From Pelolinea sp. (lineage in GTDB: Bacteria; Chloroflexota; Anaerolineae; Anaerolineales; Anaerolineaceae): DNA of 64,000 nt. The position numbers were made by a program, and so were the translations under genes. The notes below the pieces were generated by a model. That model saw only the letters and a program-made list of their open reading frames with translations. It was not told where the DNA came from and did not search any database. Location: contig JAAZOD010000022.1 in NCBI GenBank assembly GCA_012797975.1, forward strand, positions 22,797 through 86,796, in the 5' to 3' direction. Below, one piece after another: positions 44,389 through 52,775 of the stretch (position 1 is its first letter; each line of letters opens with the position of its first letter).

Positions 44389-45018
44389 ATGAAAAGGATC
44401 ACAACGGTCGTCTTGGCAATTTTACTGTTGATCGGCTTCACCAAACCGGTGTTTGCAGAAGGGGAGCCGGAACCTACGCTGGAACCGACCGTGGAACCGG
44501 AGGAAGAACAGGAGAAATTGAATCCGGTTGTCCGGTGGATCGCAGATTTTTTCAAAGATCTCTTCCTGGTTGAAACACCACAGGAGCCGGTTGAAACCAC
44601 GACCCCCGAAACAACCCCTGAAACGGATGAAACGCCGGTGCCTACCGAGGAAGTGCCCACTCCGCAGCTTACGTTGAGTGTGGAAGAGCAAATTGCTGCC
44701 TATCATGAGGATGAGCTGGGTTTTGGCGTGCTGGTGAAACTCTTGAGCATCGCCGAAGCCGCCAAAGCGGAATGCACTGCAACCGGTGTTAATTGTGATG
44801 TGACCATTGATACGCTGGTTGAACAGTTCAAAGCCGGTGTGGGTATTGGTGACTTGGAGGCACTCTATGGGAAACCGGATGTCTCGGGTGTGGGCCAGGT
44901 CAAAGGTACGCCGGAGCCGGAACAGAATCAGAACAGAGTGCAAAACGAGAACAGGAACACCAATCAGAAAAATTTGCAGAACGAGCATAAAACGGAAAAT
45001 AAGAACAAGAATAAATAA
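44389..45018 (+). CDS. small secreted low-complexity protein (209 aa)
   Basis: AAGGAGA SD 12 nt upstream. Signal peptide MKRITTVVLAILLLIGFTKPVFA/EG, an E/P/T-rich region, a roughly 70-aa ordered core with 2 Cys, and an N/Q/K-rich tail. I rejected the track start 44338 because it lies inside the terminator. Confidence 0.6.
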   Translation: MKRITTVVLAILLLIGFTKPVFAEGEPEPTLEPTVEPEEEQEKLNPVVRWIADFFKDLFLVETPQEPVETTTPETTPETDETPVPTEEVPTPQLTLSVEEQIAAYHEDELGFGVLVKLLSIAEAAKAECTATGVNCDVTIDTLVEQFKAGVGIGDLEALYGKPDVSGVGQVKGTPEPEQNQNRVQNENRNTNQKNLQNEHKTENKNKNK

Positions 45019-45051
45019 AAAAAACGCTTGTTCAATTTTCCTTGCTGACCT

Positions 45052-45082
45052 AAAAAGCGCCTGCTTCAAGCAGGCGCTTTTC
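45052..45082. terminator. bidirectional terminator
   Basis: GCGCCTGCT (45057-45065) pairs with AGCAGGCGC (45069-45077). It is flanked by A- and T-runs. Confidence 0.8.
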
Positions 45083-45099
45083 ATTCCTATAGATTTACC

Positions 45100-46422
45100 T
45101 TATTCCGCGGCTTGCACATGATTTCCCTGGCCGATGCCAAAATAGGTGAATCCCAGCTTGCGCATTGCTTGGCTATCCCACTGATTACGACCGTCGATCA
45201 GCACCGGCGTGCGCATGATGCTGTATATGCGTTTGAAATCGAGTTGTTTGAACTCGTTCCATTCGGTGACCAGGATCAGCCCGTCGGCATCCTGCGCAAC
45301 CTCATAGGGATTGGTGCAAAGTTGCAATTCCGGGATGGCTTTGGAGGTATTCTCCATGGCCTGGGGATCATAGGCTCTGACATGCCCGCCTTCGTTGCGC
45401 AGCAGGTGGATGATCTCCAGCGCAGGGGCTTCGCGGATATCATCGGTGTTGGGTTTGAAGGATAGCCCCAAAATGCCGATAGTCTTGTCCACCAGTGACC
45501 CGCCCACCAGGTTGCGCAGTTTCATCACCACGCGTCGGCGCTGGTTGCGATTGATATCCATGACCGCTTGCAGCAGTTGCGGATGGGTGCCATGCAGTAC
45601 TGCCATGTGCGCTAACGCTTTCACATCCTTGGGGAAACAGCTTCCCCCCCAACCCAGGCCGGCATCCAAAAAGGCATGCCCGATGCGTTTGTCCAACCCC
45701 ATGCCCTGTGCCACTTCCCTCACATCCGCGCCCAATTCGTCGCAAATGTTGGCGATCTCATTAATGAATGAGATGCGCGTTGCCAGGAAAGCGTTGGAAG
45801 CGTATTTGATCATTTCAGCCGTGCGCAGATCGGTGATCAGCGTGGGGGCGCGCAGTGGCTGATAGAGGGCCGCCACCGCTTCTGCGGCTTTCTGGTGTAC
45901 TGAGCCCAGCACCACGCGGTCGGGCTGCATGAAATCGTGGATGGCAGACCCTTCGCGCAGGAATTCGGGGTTGGAAACCACGTAATACTCCAGGGTGTTC
46001 TTGCCGCGCTTCTTACGGATGATGTCCGCTACCCAGTCACCGGTCCCTACCGGCACAGTGGATTTATTGACGATAATGATGGGGTGATCGATCACTTCGG
46101 CGATCTTTTCCGCAGCGTCCCGCACATAGCTCAGATCTGCTTCGCCGTCCACTCCGGAGGGGGTCCCCACGGCGATGAATGCGAATTCCGCGTTGTGCAA
46201 TGCCTCGCTGTAGTCTGTGGTGAAGAACAATCGGTTTGCTGCCACGTTCCTTTCAACCAGTTCTTCCAAACCGGGTTCGTAGATCGGCATGATGCCTTTC
46301 TGTAGATTGATGATGCGTTCTTGGTTGATATCCAGGCAATGAACGGTATTGCCCATATCCGCGAAGCACACACCTGTCACCAATCCAACATAACCGGTTC
46401 CGATCACACAAATAGCGCTCAT
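45100..46422 (-). CDS. ugd: UDP-glucose 6-dehydrogenase
   Basis: [14 protein letters not shown] Rossmann start, catalytic-region GGSCFPKD, and the UDPG_MGDP_dh C-terminal domain. I trimmed to the ATG at 46422. Confidence 0.9.
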   Translation of the reverse strand: MSAICVIGTGYVGLVTGVCFADMGNTVHCLDINQERIINLQKGIMPIYEPGLEELVERNVAANRLFFTTDYSEALHNAEFAFIAVGTPSGVDGEADLSYVRDAAEKIAEVIDHPIIIVNKSTVPVGTGDWVADIIRKKRGKNTLEYYVVSNPEFLREGSAIHDFMQPDRVVLGSVHQKAAEAVAALYQPLRAPTLITDLRTAEMIKYASNAFLATRISFINEIANICDELGADVREVAQGMGLDKRIGHAFLDAGLGWGGSCFPKDVKALAHMAVLHGTHPQLLQAVMDINRNQRRRVVMKLRNLVGGSLVDKTIGILGLSFKPNTDDIREAPALEIIHLLRNEGGHVRAYDPQAMENTSKAIPELQLCTNPYEVAQDADGLILVTEWNEFKQLDFKRIYSIMRTPVLIDGRNQWDSQAMRKLGFTYFGIGQGNHVQAAE

Positions 46423-46529
46423 AAGTTTCTCTCCGAAGGTAAGATTATAGCCCAAGAATCGGCTGGTTTCTTCGTAAAAGTTCCTGATTATTGTATAATC
46501 CTTTTACTCTTTTGTGTTGGGAGTTGGAA

Positions 46530-47405
46530 ATGACCGCAGCGATGATTGACGGAAAACAGATTGCAGCCGATATCCGCGCGCAAGTGGCGGATCGGGTGGC
46601 CGAACGGAAGCGGCTTGGTAAAACGGTTCCCGGTCTGGCAACCGTGCTGGTGGGCGAGGATCCTGCCTCCCAGGTGTATGTTCGTTCCAAACATAAGGCC
46701 TGTGAGCAATTGGGCATTGCCTCTTTCAGCCATGTTCTGCCCGCTTCCACCCCGCAAAAAGAGCTGGTGGAGCTGGTGGATTTGCTTAACCACGATGACA
46801 AGGTGCATGGGATTCTGGTGCAGCTTCCCCTGCCATCCGGGTTTGATGAAGAGGAAGTGCTGTTGAAGGTCTCGGTGAACAAGGACGTGGATGGATTCCA
46901 TCCCATCAACATTGGCAAGCTGGCGCAAAAAGGGCGCACTCCCAGTTTCGTCCCCTGTACCCCGGCGGGTGTGATCGAATTGCTCAAAACAACCGGGATT
47001 TCGCTGGAAGGGAAGCATGCGGTGGTGTTGGGGCGTTCGAATATTGTCGGCATGCCGGTGGCACTGTTGTTGGTGAAAGAGAATGCCACGCTTACCATCT
47101 GCCATTCACGCTCCCACAATTTGCCCGAGATCACCCGCCAGGCGGATGTGCTGGTGGCCTGTGTTGGCAAAGCCGAGATGGTGCGTGGTGATTGGGTGAA
47201 ACCCGGTGCAGTGGTCATTGATGTAGGCATTAACCATGTGGATGATCCTGCCAGTGAGAAAGGGTATCGCCTGGTTGGGGATGTGGCGTTTGATGAGGTG
47301 AGCGAAGTTGCTTCTGCCATCACCCCCGTCCCGGGGGGTGTGGGGCCCATGACCATTGCCATGTTAATGAAGAACACCCTGCGCGCTGCTGAATTGGCGG
47401 ACTAG
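46530..47405 (+). CDS. folD: bifunctional methylenetetrahydrofolate dehydrogenase/methenyl-THF cyclohydrolase
   Basis: IDGKQIA...[21 protein letters not shown]...[10 protein letters not shown]...GRSNIVGMP...PGGVGPMT. Confidence 0.95.
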   Translation: MTAAMIDGKQIAADIRAQVADRVAERKRLGKTVPGLATVLVGEDPASQVYVRSKHKACEQLGIASFSHVLPASTPQKELVELVDLLNHDDKVHGILVQLPLPSGFDEEEVLLKVSVNKDVDGFHPINIGKLAQKGRTPSFVPCTPAGVIELLKTTGISLEGKHAVVLGRSNIVGMPVALLLVKENATLTICHSRSHNLPEITRQADVLVACVGKAEMVRGDWVKPGAVVIDVGINHVDDPASEKGYRLVGDVAFDEVSEVASAITPVPGGVGPMTIAMLMKNTLRAAELAD

Positions 47406-47445
47406 TTTAATAAATATTCCTGAAAAAAAGGTGAAAAAAGCCATT

Positions 47446-47460
47446 AATTGTCCGACAAAT
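47446..47460. promoter_or_regulatory. palindromic operator-like site B (AATTGTC-C-GACAAAT)
   Basis: It lies 51 nt upstream of the deaminase ATG. The TTGTC/GACAA half-sites are shared with the sites at 52629 and 19929. Confidence 0.3.
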
Positions 47461-47510
47461 GATGGTATGATTAATTCGTTGAGAAAACCATACCGTCGAG
47501 AGGTACAGCT

Positions 47511-48899
47511 ATGGCCACCTTGCTTATCAAGAATATTCATACACTGGTCACCATGGACCCTGCGCGCCGGGAGATCAGCAATGGGGGAATGTTCATCAAG
47601 GACGGTTTTGTTCAGCAAATAGGGAATTCACAGGAATTGCCTGCGACTGCAGATGAAATCTACGATCTTGGCGGTCACCTTGTCCTTCCCGGTTTCATCA
47701 ATACTCACCATCACTTTTATCAAACGCTCACCCGTGCGGTGCCTGCCGCCCAGGATGCCAACCTCTTCAATTGGCTGAAGACGCTTTATCCCATTTGGGC
47801 GCGCATGACCTCGCAGGATATCTATCTTTCCACCAAAACTGCGCTGGCGGAGCTGGCGCTTTCGGGTTGCACCACCGCCTCCGATCACCTGTATCTTTTC
47901 CCCAATGGTTCCAGTCTGGATGATGAGATCAGAGCTGCTCAGGAGATGGGAATGCGCATTCATGCTTCACGCGGCTCCATGAGTCTGGGTGAAAGCAAGG
48001 GCGGTCTGCCGCCTGATAGCGTGGTGGATGATGAGGATTTTATCCTCAAAGACAGCCAGCGGCTGATCGAACGATACCATGACGCTTCTGTCGGTTCGAT
48101 GGCGCAGGTGGTGCTTGCTCCCTGTTCACCCTTCAGCGTGACCGGTGATTTGATGCGCGAAAGTGCCCATCTGGCCAGGCAGTATGGTGTGCATTTGCAT
48201 ACTCACCTGGCTGAAACCGAAGACGAACAGCAGTTCACGCTGGAAAAGTTCGGATTGCGTCCGTTGGCATATATGCAGTCGCTGGAATGGGTGGGTGAGG
48301 ACGTGTGGTTTGCCCATTCCGTCTATATCAATCCGGAAGAACAGAAAGTGTTTGCCGATACCGGCTGTGGGGTTGCACACTGCCCGAGTTCTAACATGCG
48401 CTTGGCTTCGGGTATCGCCCCGGTTCGTGAATATATGCAACTGGGGGTAAAAGTGGGGCTTGGCGTGGATGGATCGGCCAGCAACGATAGTTCGCATATG
48501 CTCGAGGAAGTGCGCCATGCCATGCTGGTGGCTCGTGTGAGGGCAGGGTTGGAGGGCGCTTCTCTTTCCGATTCGGGCGCTTCGCCCATCATGACGGCAC
48601 GTCAGGCACTGGAATTGGCGACCCTGGGTGGTGCCCGCGTTTTGGGACGAAAGGATATTGGCTCTCTGGAAGTGGGAAAATGTGCCGATTTCACCGCCAT
48701 TGATTTGAATCGCATCTCTTATGCGGGAGCGCTGCATGATCCGGTGGCGGCGGTTGTGTTCTGCAATCCCCAAAATGTCGATTACACATTCGTTCATGGA
48801 AAAGCGATTGTCGAGAAGGGAGAACTGCGTACCATGGATCTGGCTGAACATGTTCGGGCGCATAACCGGGCAGCCGCCAGATTGCTTAATGATGATTAG
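47511..48899 (+). CDS. COG0402-type amidohydrolase (8-oxoguanine/guanine/pterin deaminase-like)
   Basis: [13 protein letters not shown]...[15 protein letters not shown] (HxH metal site), ...HTHLAET..., ...GVDGSASND. Confidence 0.75.
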   Translation: MATLLIKNIHTLVTMDPARREISNGGMFIKDGFVQQIGNSQELPATADEIYDLGGHLVLPGFINTHHHFYQTLTRAVPAAQDANLFNWLKTLYPIWARMTSQDIYLSTKTALAELALSGCTTASDHLYLFPNGSSLDDEIRAAQEMGMRIHASRGSMSLGESKGGLPPDSVVDDEDFILKDSQRLIERYHDASVGSMAQVVLAPCSPFSVTGDLMRESAHLARQYGVHLHTHLAETEDEQQFTLEKFGLRPLAYMQSLEWVGEDVWFAHSVYINPEEQKVFADTGCGVAHCPSSNMRLASGIAPVREYMQLGVKVGLGVDGSASNDSSHMLEEVRHAMLVARVRAGLEGASLSDSGASPIMTARQALELATLGGARVLGRKDIGSLEVGKCADFTAIDLNRISYAGALHDPVAAVVFCNPQNVDYTFVHGKAIVEKGELRTMDLAEHVRAHNRAAARLLNDD

Positions 48900-48904
48900 A
48901 AGAG

Positions 48905-49642
48905 GTGAATTCATTGCAAACTTTTACTCCATATCAACGATTACAGATAGAACTGGAAAAGATCATTAATTCTCAAAGGGCAGGGGCAAAGTTGCCTTCT
49001 GAACCGGAACTGGCAAAAAAACTGGGAGTTTCCCGCTCCACCCTGCGTGAAGCCATGCGCACGTTTGAAGTGCAGGGCTTGATCCGGCGCAGGCAGGGGC
49101 AGGGCACTTTTGTGGTTGGTAAACAAAAAACTTTTGAAGGAGGTCTGGAAGTATTAGAGAGTATTGAAACCCTGTCACAAAAAATCGGATTGAATGTGAG
49201 CATGGGAGAGTTGCAGGTCAAGCGCTTCAAAGTGGAAAAAGAGAATCAAGCATTTGTGAACTTCCCTTTGCGCTCCACGGTGATACAGGTCGACCGCACC
49301 ATCATCGCAGAAGGTCGCCCCATTGCCTATCTGATCGATATTGCACCCATTACCATCATGGATGAGGACGATCTGCAGGAAGGATTTGACGGTTCGGTGC
49401 TGGATTGGATGTTGAAACGCGGAGACCCGATCTTGGGCCAGTCCAAGTCGCGGGTTGATTCGATCGCAGCTTCCAGCGTAATTGCACATAAATTGCAGGT
49501 TCAACGCGATGCTCCTCTGCTGTTCTTCGAATCGGATGTGTATGATACGGCCGGTCAATTGGTCACCCACTCCTATAGTTACTTCATTCCCGGTTTCTTT
49601 GATTTTCATATCGTTAGAAAAGTTGCCAATAAAAAATTCTAG
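48905..49642 (+). CDS. GntR-family transcriptional regulator, HutC/UTRA subfamily
   Basis: w[44 protein letters not shown] plus a C-terminal UTRA-like domain. The track uses a GTG start. TTG 48914 with AGAGGTGA upstream is an alternative. Confidence 0.85.
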   Translation: MNSLQTFTPYQRLQIELEKIINSQRAGAKLPSEPELAKKLGVSRSTLREAMRTFEVQGLIRRRQGQGTFVVGKQKTFEGGLEVLESIETLSQKIGLNVSMGELQVKRFKVEKENQAFVNFPLRSTVIQVDRTIIAEGRPIAYLIDIAPITIMDEDDLQEGFDGSVLDWMLKRGDPILGQSKSRVDSIAASSVIAHKLQVQRDAPLLFFESDVYDTAGQLVTHSYSYFIPGFFDFHIVRKVANKKF

Positions 49643-49660
49643 AATAATTGGAGGTATACG

Positions 49661-50614
49661 ATGAGAAGTTTTTTAGGACGTGATATTTTATCTTTGAAAG
49701 ATTTTGAACGATCGGAATTCTTCCGCTTGTTCGAAGTCGCCTTGGAAATGGATGAGATCGCCCGCAGCCGGCGGAATTCGGACATGCTGAAGGAAAAGAC
49801 ACTGGTGACAGCGTTCTATCAACCCAGCACCCGCACCCGCTTGGCTCATGAAGCTGCCATGCACCGCTTGGGCGGCCATGTCACCGGTTTCTCCGATGCC
49901 AAGATGACCCGTGCCGGTGACTGGTATCAGGAATCCATCAAAGATACCGTGCATATGCTTGAATACTATGGCGATGCCATTGTGATGCGCCATTTCCAGC
50001 AGGGCGCGCCTGCTGAAGCTGCCAAATGGTCCAGTGTTCCGATCATCAACGCCGGTGATGGTTGGGGTGAACACCCCACCCAGGTGTTGACCGATCTCTA
50101 TACGGTTTGGAATGAATTGGGCACCATCGACGGATTGACCTTCCTGTGCATTGGCGATATGCGCATGCGCACCATGCACTCCATTTCTTATGCCTTGACC
50201 CAATTCGACAGCAAGGTTTACTATGTCTGCCCGCCGGAAATGTCATTGACCCCTGAATTCAAGAAAGAACTGGACGAAAAGAACCTGGTCTATTACGAAG
50301 CCGATCATGTGGCGGATGTGATCGATAAAGCGGACGTGATCTACATGGAACCTGTGGTCCAACCCGATTACACCAAAGCCCGCCAGGAGGCTTCTGCCGA
50401 TAAGGGCTTTACCCCCGATAATTACAAGGTCACCCGCCAGTTATTAAAAGAGAAAGCCAAACCCGATTCCATTATTCTGCATTCTCTGCCCCGCATGGAT
50501 GAGCTGCCGCCCGATGTGGATGGCACCCGCCATGCCCGCTATTGGGAAGAAGCTTTCAATGGCGTTGTGATGCGCATGTCCATTCTGGCTTTGATCTTGG
50601 GTGCCATGGAATAA
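49661..50614 (+). CDS. aspartate-carbamoyltransferase-like transcarbamylase lacking the canonical aspartate-binding motif
   Basis: STRTR, MRH, HPTQ and HSLPRMDEL are present. Where ATCases have R-x-Q-x-E-R (TRVQKER in E. coli, LRIQNER in B. subtilis, from memory), this protein reads MEPVVQPD. Confidence 0.8.
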   Translation: MRSFLGRDILSLKDFERSEFFRLFEVALEMDEIARSRRNSDMLKEKTLVTAFYQPSTRTRLAHEAAMHRLGGHVTGFSDAKMTRAGDWYQESIKDTVHMLEYYGDAIVMRHFQQGAPAEAAKWSSVPIINAGDGWGEHPTQVLTDLYTVWNELGTIDGLTFLCIGDMRMRTMHSISYALTQFDSKVYYVCPPEMSLTPEFKKELDEKNLVYYEADHVADVIDKADVIYMEPVVQPDYTKARQEASADKGFTPDNYKVTRQLLKEKAKPDSIILHSLPRMDELPPDVDGTRHARYWEEAFNGVVMRMSILALILGAME

Positions 50615-50622
50615 TCATAGGT

Positions 50623-50646
50623 GGGGCGGGAGCTATATCCCGCCCT
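50623..50646 (+). other. GC-rich intercistronic hairpin without a U-run
   Basis: GGGCGGGA (50624-50631) pairs with TCCCGCCC (50638-50645). It lies between the two transcarbamylase genes. Confidence 0.4.
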
Positions 50647-50664
50647 ATCGGTTAAGGAGATACG

Positions 50665-51645
50665 ATGCAAACGAATTTACACGGAAGAGATTTGATCGGT
50701 GATCTTGATTTCACCAAAGAAGAAGTGGAAACCGTGCTGGATGTTGCCTGGGACCTGAAACGCAAACGCGCGTTGAATGAACCGCATGCTTATTTGCGCG
50801 ATAAGGTGCTGGCAATGCTGTTCTTCTTCAGCAGCACCCGCACTCGCGGTTCCTTTGAAGCGGGCATGGCGCAATTGGGCGGTCATGCTGCTTTTATCGA
50901 GAGCAAAACTACCCAGATTGCACATGGCGATACCGAAAAAGAGATCGGTGACATCTTCGGGCGTTATTTCGATGGCATTGCCATCCGCCATGTGGAATGG
51001 GGAACCGGCAACCGCTATTTGAACCTGGTCGCTCAGGCATCCCGCGTTCCGGTGCTCAACATGCAGTGCGAGATTTACCATCCTTTCCAATGCCTGGCAG
51101 ATCTGATGACCGTCATGGAGAAAAAAGGGCGTGATCTGCGCAAGAAGAAAATGGTGGTCTCCTGGGCGTATGCCGAATCCTATTCCAAACCCATTTCGGT
51201 GCCGCAGAGCTTGATCTTGCAGATGCCGCGTTTTGGACTGGATGTCACGCTGGCGCATCCGCCAGAGTTCGTTCTTATGCCTGAGATCATGGAACAGGCC
51301 AAAGAACAGGCGAAAAAATATGGTACGCACTTTGAGGTCGTCAACGATATGGACGAGGGTTTCAAAGATGCGGATATCGTTTATGCCAAATCCTGGGGAC
51401 CGCTGGTGTATACCGCGGATGCCGAAAAAGGTGCGGAGATCACGAAAAAATATTCCAGTTGGATCACCAATGAAAAACGCATGGAACTGGCGAAAGAAGA
51501 TGCCATCTACATGCATCCGCTGCCGGCGGATCGCAATATTGAGGTGACCGATGGTGTGATCGATGGGCCACACTCTGTGGTGTTTGATGAAGCCGAAAAC
51601 CGGCTGCATGCACAAAAAGCCGTCATGGCATTGACAATGGGATGA
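50665..51645 (+). CDS. ornithine-carbamoyltransferase-superfamily enzyme of the non-OTC (AOTC/SOTC/YgeW-like) type
   Basis: STRTR, HPFQ and FDEAENRLHAQKAVM are conserved. The ornithine-binding DxxxSMG is replaced by YAKSWG, and HCLP by HPLPADRN. Confidence 0.75.
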   Translation: MQTNLHGRDLIGDLDFTKEEVETVLDVAWDLKRKRALNEPHAYLRDKVLAMLFFFSSTRTRGSFEAGMAQLGGHAAFIESKTTQIAHGDTEKEIGDIFGRYFDGIAIRHVEWGTGNRYLNLVAQASRVPVLNMQCEIYHPFQCLADLMTVMEKKGRDLRKKKMVVSWAYAESYSKPISVPQSLILQMPRFGLDVTLAHPPEFVLMPEIMEQAKEQAKKYGTHFEVVNDMDEGFKDADIVYAKSWGPLVYTADAEKGAEITKKYSSWITNEKRMELAKEDAIYMHPLPADRNIEVTDGVIDGPHSVVFDEAENRLHAQKAVMALTMG

Positions 51646-51652
51646 CAAATCT

Positions 51653-52609
51653 ATGAAAAAACAGGTAGCGGTTGTGGCGATCGGCGGAAATTCGCTGATC
51701 AAAGATAATAAGAATGTTTCGGTGGAAAGCCAATACGAAGCGGCCAGGGAAACCACCTACCATATTGCCGATATGATCGAATCGGGGTGGGATGTTGCCA
51801 TTGGCCATGGGAACGGCCCGCAGGTTGGTTTCATCCTGCGTCGCTCAGAAATTGCCCACAAAGCGGCTGGCATGCATGAGGTGCCGCTGGATGTCTGTGG
51901 TGCGGATAGCCAGGGCGCCATCGGCTATTCTTTGCAGCAGACTCTGCAAAATGAACTGTATCGCCGCAAGATCAACAAACCGGTTGCCACGCTCATCACC
52001 CAGGTTTTGGTCGATAAAAATGACAAAGCTTTCAGCAGTCCAACCAAACCCATTGGCGGCTTCATGGAAGAAGCCGAGGCAAAGCAAAAAGAAAAGGACT
52101 TGGGCTGGAATGTGGTCGAGGATGCAGGCAGAGGGTGGCGGCGTGTGGTTGCTTCACCCATCCCGCAAGAAGTGGTCGAATTGGAAGCGGTGAAAGATCT
52201 GATCGCTGCGGGTGTGATCGTGATCACCGTCGGTGGCGGCGGCATTCCCGTGATCGATGCAGGCGATCGGCAGTTGATCGGCACTGCGGCTGTGATCGAT
52301 AAGGATTATGCCAGCAGCTTGCTGGCACGTGAGATCAAAGCGGATCTGTTCCTGATCTCCACGGCAGTGGAAAAGGTCGCATTGGATTTCGGCAAACCGA
52401 CCCAGCGCGATGTGGACCACATGACGCTCTCTGAGGTCAAAAAATATCTTGCCGAAGGGACCCATTTTGCCAAGGGGTCTATGGCCCCCAAGATACAGGC
52501 CATCATCTGGTATTTGGAGGCCGGCGGCAAGAAAGCCATTATCACGAACCCCGAAAATATCGGGCGTGCCTTGAAAGGCGAAACGGGAACCGTCATCGAG
52601 CCGGACTAA
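51653..52609 (+). CDS. arcC: carbamate kinase
   Basis: VAIGGNSL...VAIGHGNGPQVG...GGGGIPV, and the length fits. It starts 7 nt after the preceding gene. Confidence 0.9.
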   Translation: MKKQVAVVAIGGNSLIKDNKNVSVESQYEAARETTYHIADMIESGWDVAIGHGNGPQVGFILRRSEIAHKAAGMHEVPLDVCGADSQGAIGYSLQQTLQNELYRRKINKPVATLITQVLVDKNDKAFSSPTKPIGGFMEEAEAKQKEKDLGWNVVEDAGRGWRRVVASPIPQEVVELEAVKDLIAAGVIVITVGGGGIPVIDAGDRQLIGTAAVIDKDYASSLLAREIKADLFLISTAVEKVALDFGKPTQRDVDHMTLSEVKKYLAEGTHFAKGSMAPKIQAIIWYLEAGGKKAIITNPENIGRALKGETGTVIEPD

Positions 52610-52628
52610 AGGATTTTTAATCTTAAAT

Positions 52629-52644
52629 AATTGTCTGGACAATT
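52629..52644. promoter_or_regulatory. palindromic operator-like site C (AATTGTC-TG-GACAATT)
   Basis: Perfect 7-bp arms, 20 nt after the carbamate kinase stop and 132 nt before the BMP gene start. Confidence 0.35.
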
Positions 52645-52651
52645 GAATAAT

Positions 52652-52757
52652 AAGACCTGTTGATGTACAATGCCGAATTGTGTTTCGCGAAATTGGCGAA
52701 AATAATTCAGGAGGAGAGGTGCATTATCGAACGATCAACAGGTCTTTACTTTTTTAA
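52652..52757 (+). promoter_or_regulatory. structured leader: 13-bp long-range stem plus U-run, enclosing an SD and a 12-codon mini-ORF
   Basis: AAGACCTGTTGAT (52652-52664) pairs with ATCAACAGGTCTT (52734-52746), then TACTTTTTT. AGGAGG (52709-52714) precedes GTG 52719. The mini-ORF (V/M)HYRTINRSLLF runs through the right arm and stops at TAA 52755-52757. Confidence 0.35.
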
Positions 52758-52775
52758 ATTCCAATGGAGGAGAAA

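Noticed and set aside
49636-49645. ATTCTAGAAT palindrome at the gntR stop codon as a fourth operator
   Set aside because: It is only 10 bp and overlaps the TAG stop. Its half-site (ATTCT) differs from the TTGTC half-site of the three better sites and is likely coincidental.
50677-51756. 359-aa ORF on the minus strand
   Set aside because: It is antisense to the OTC-superfamily gene and to the start of carbamate kinase. No motifs are present.
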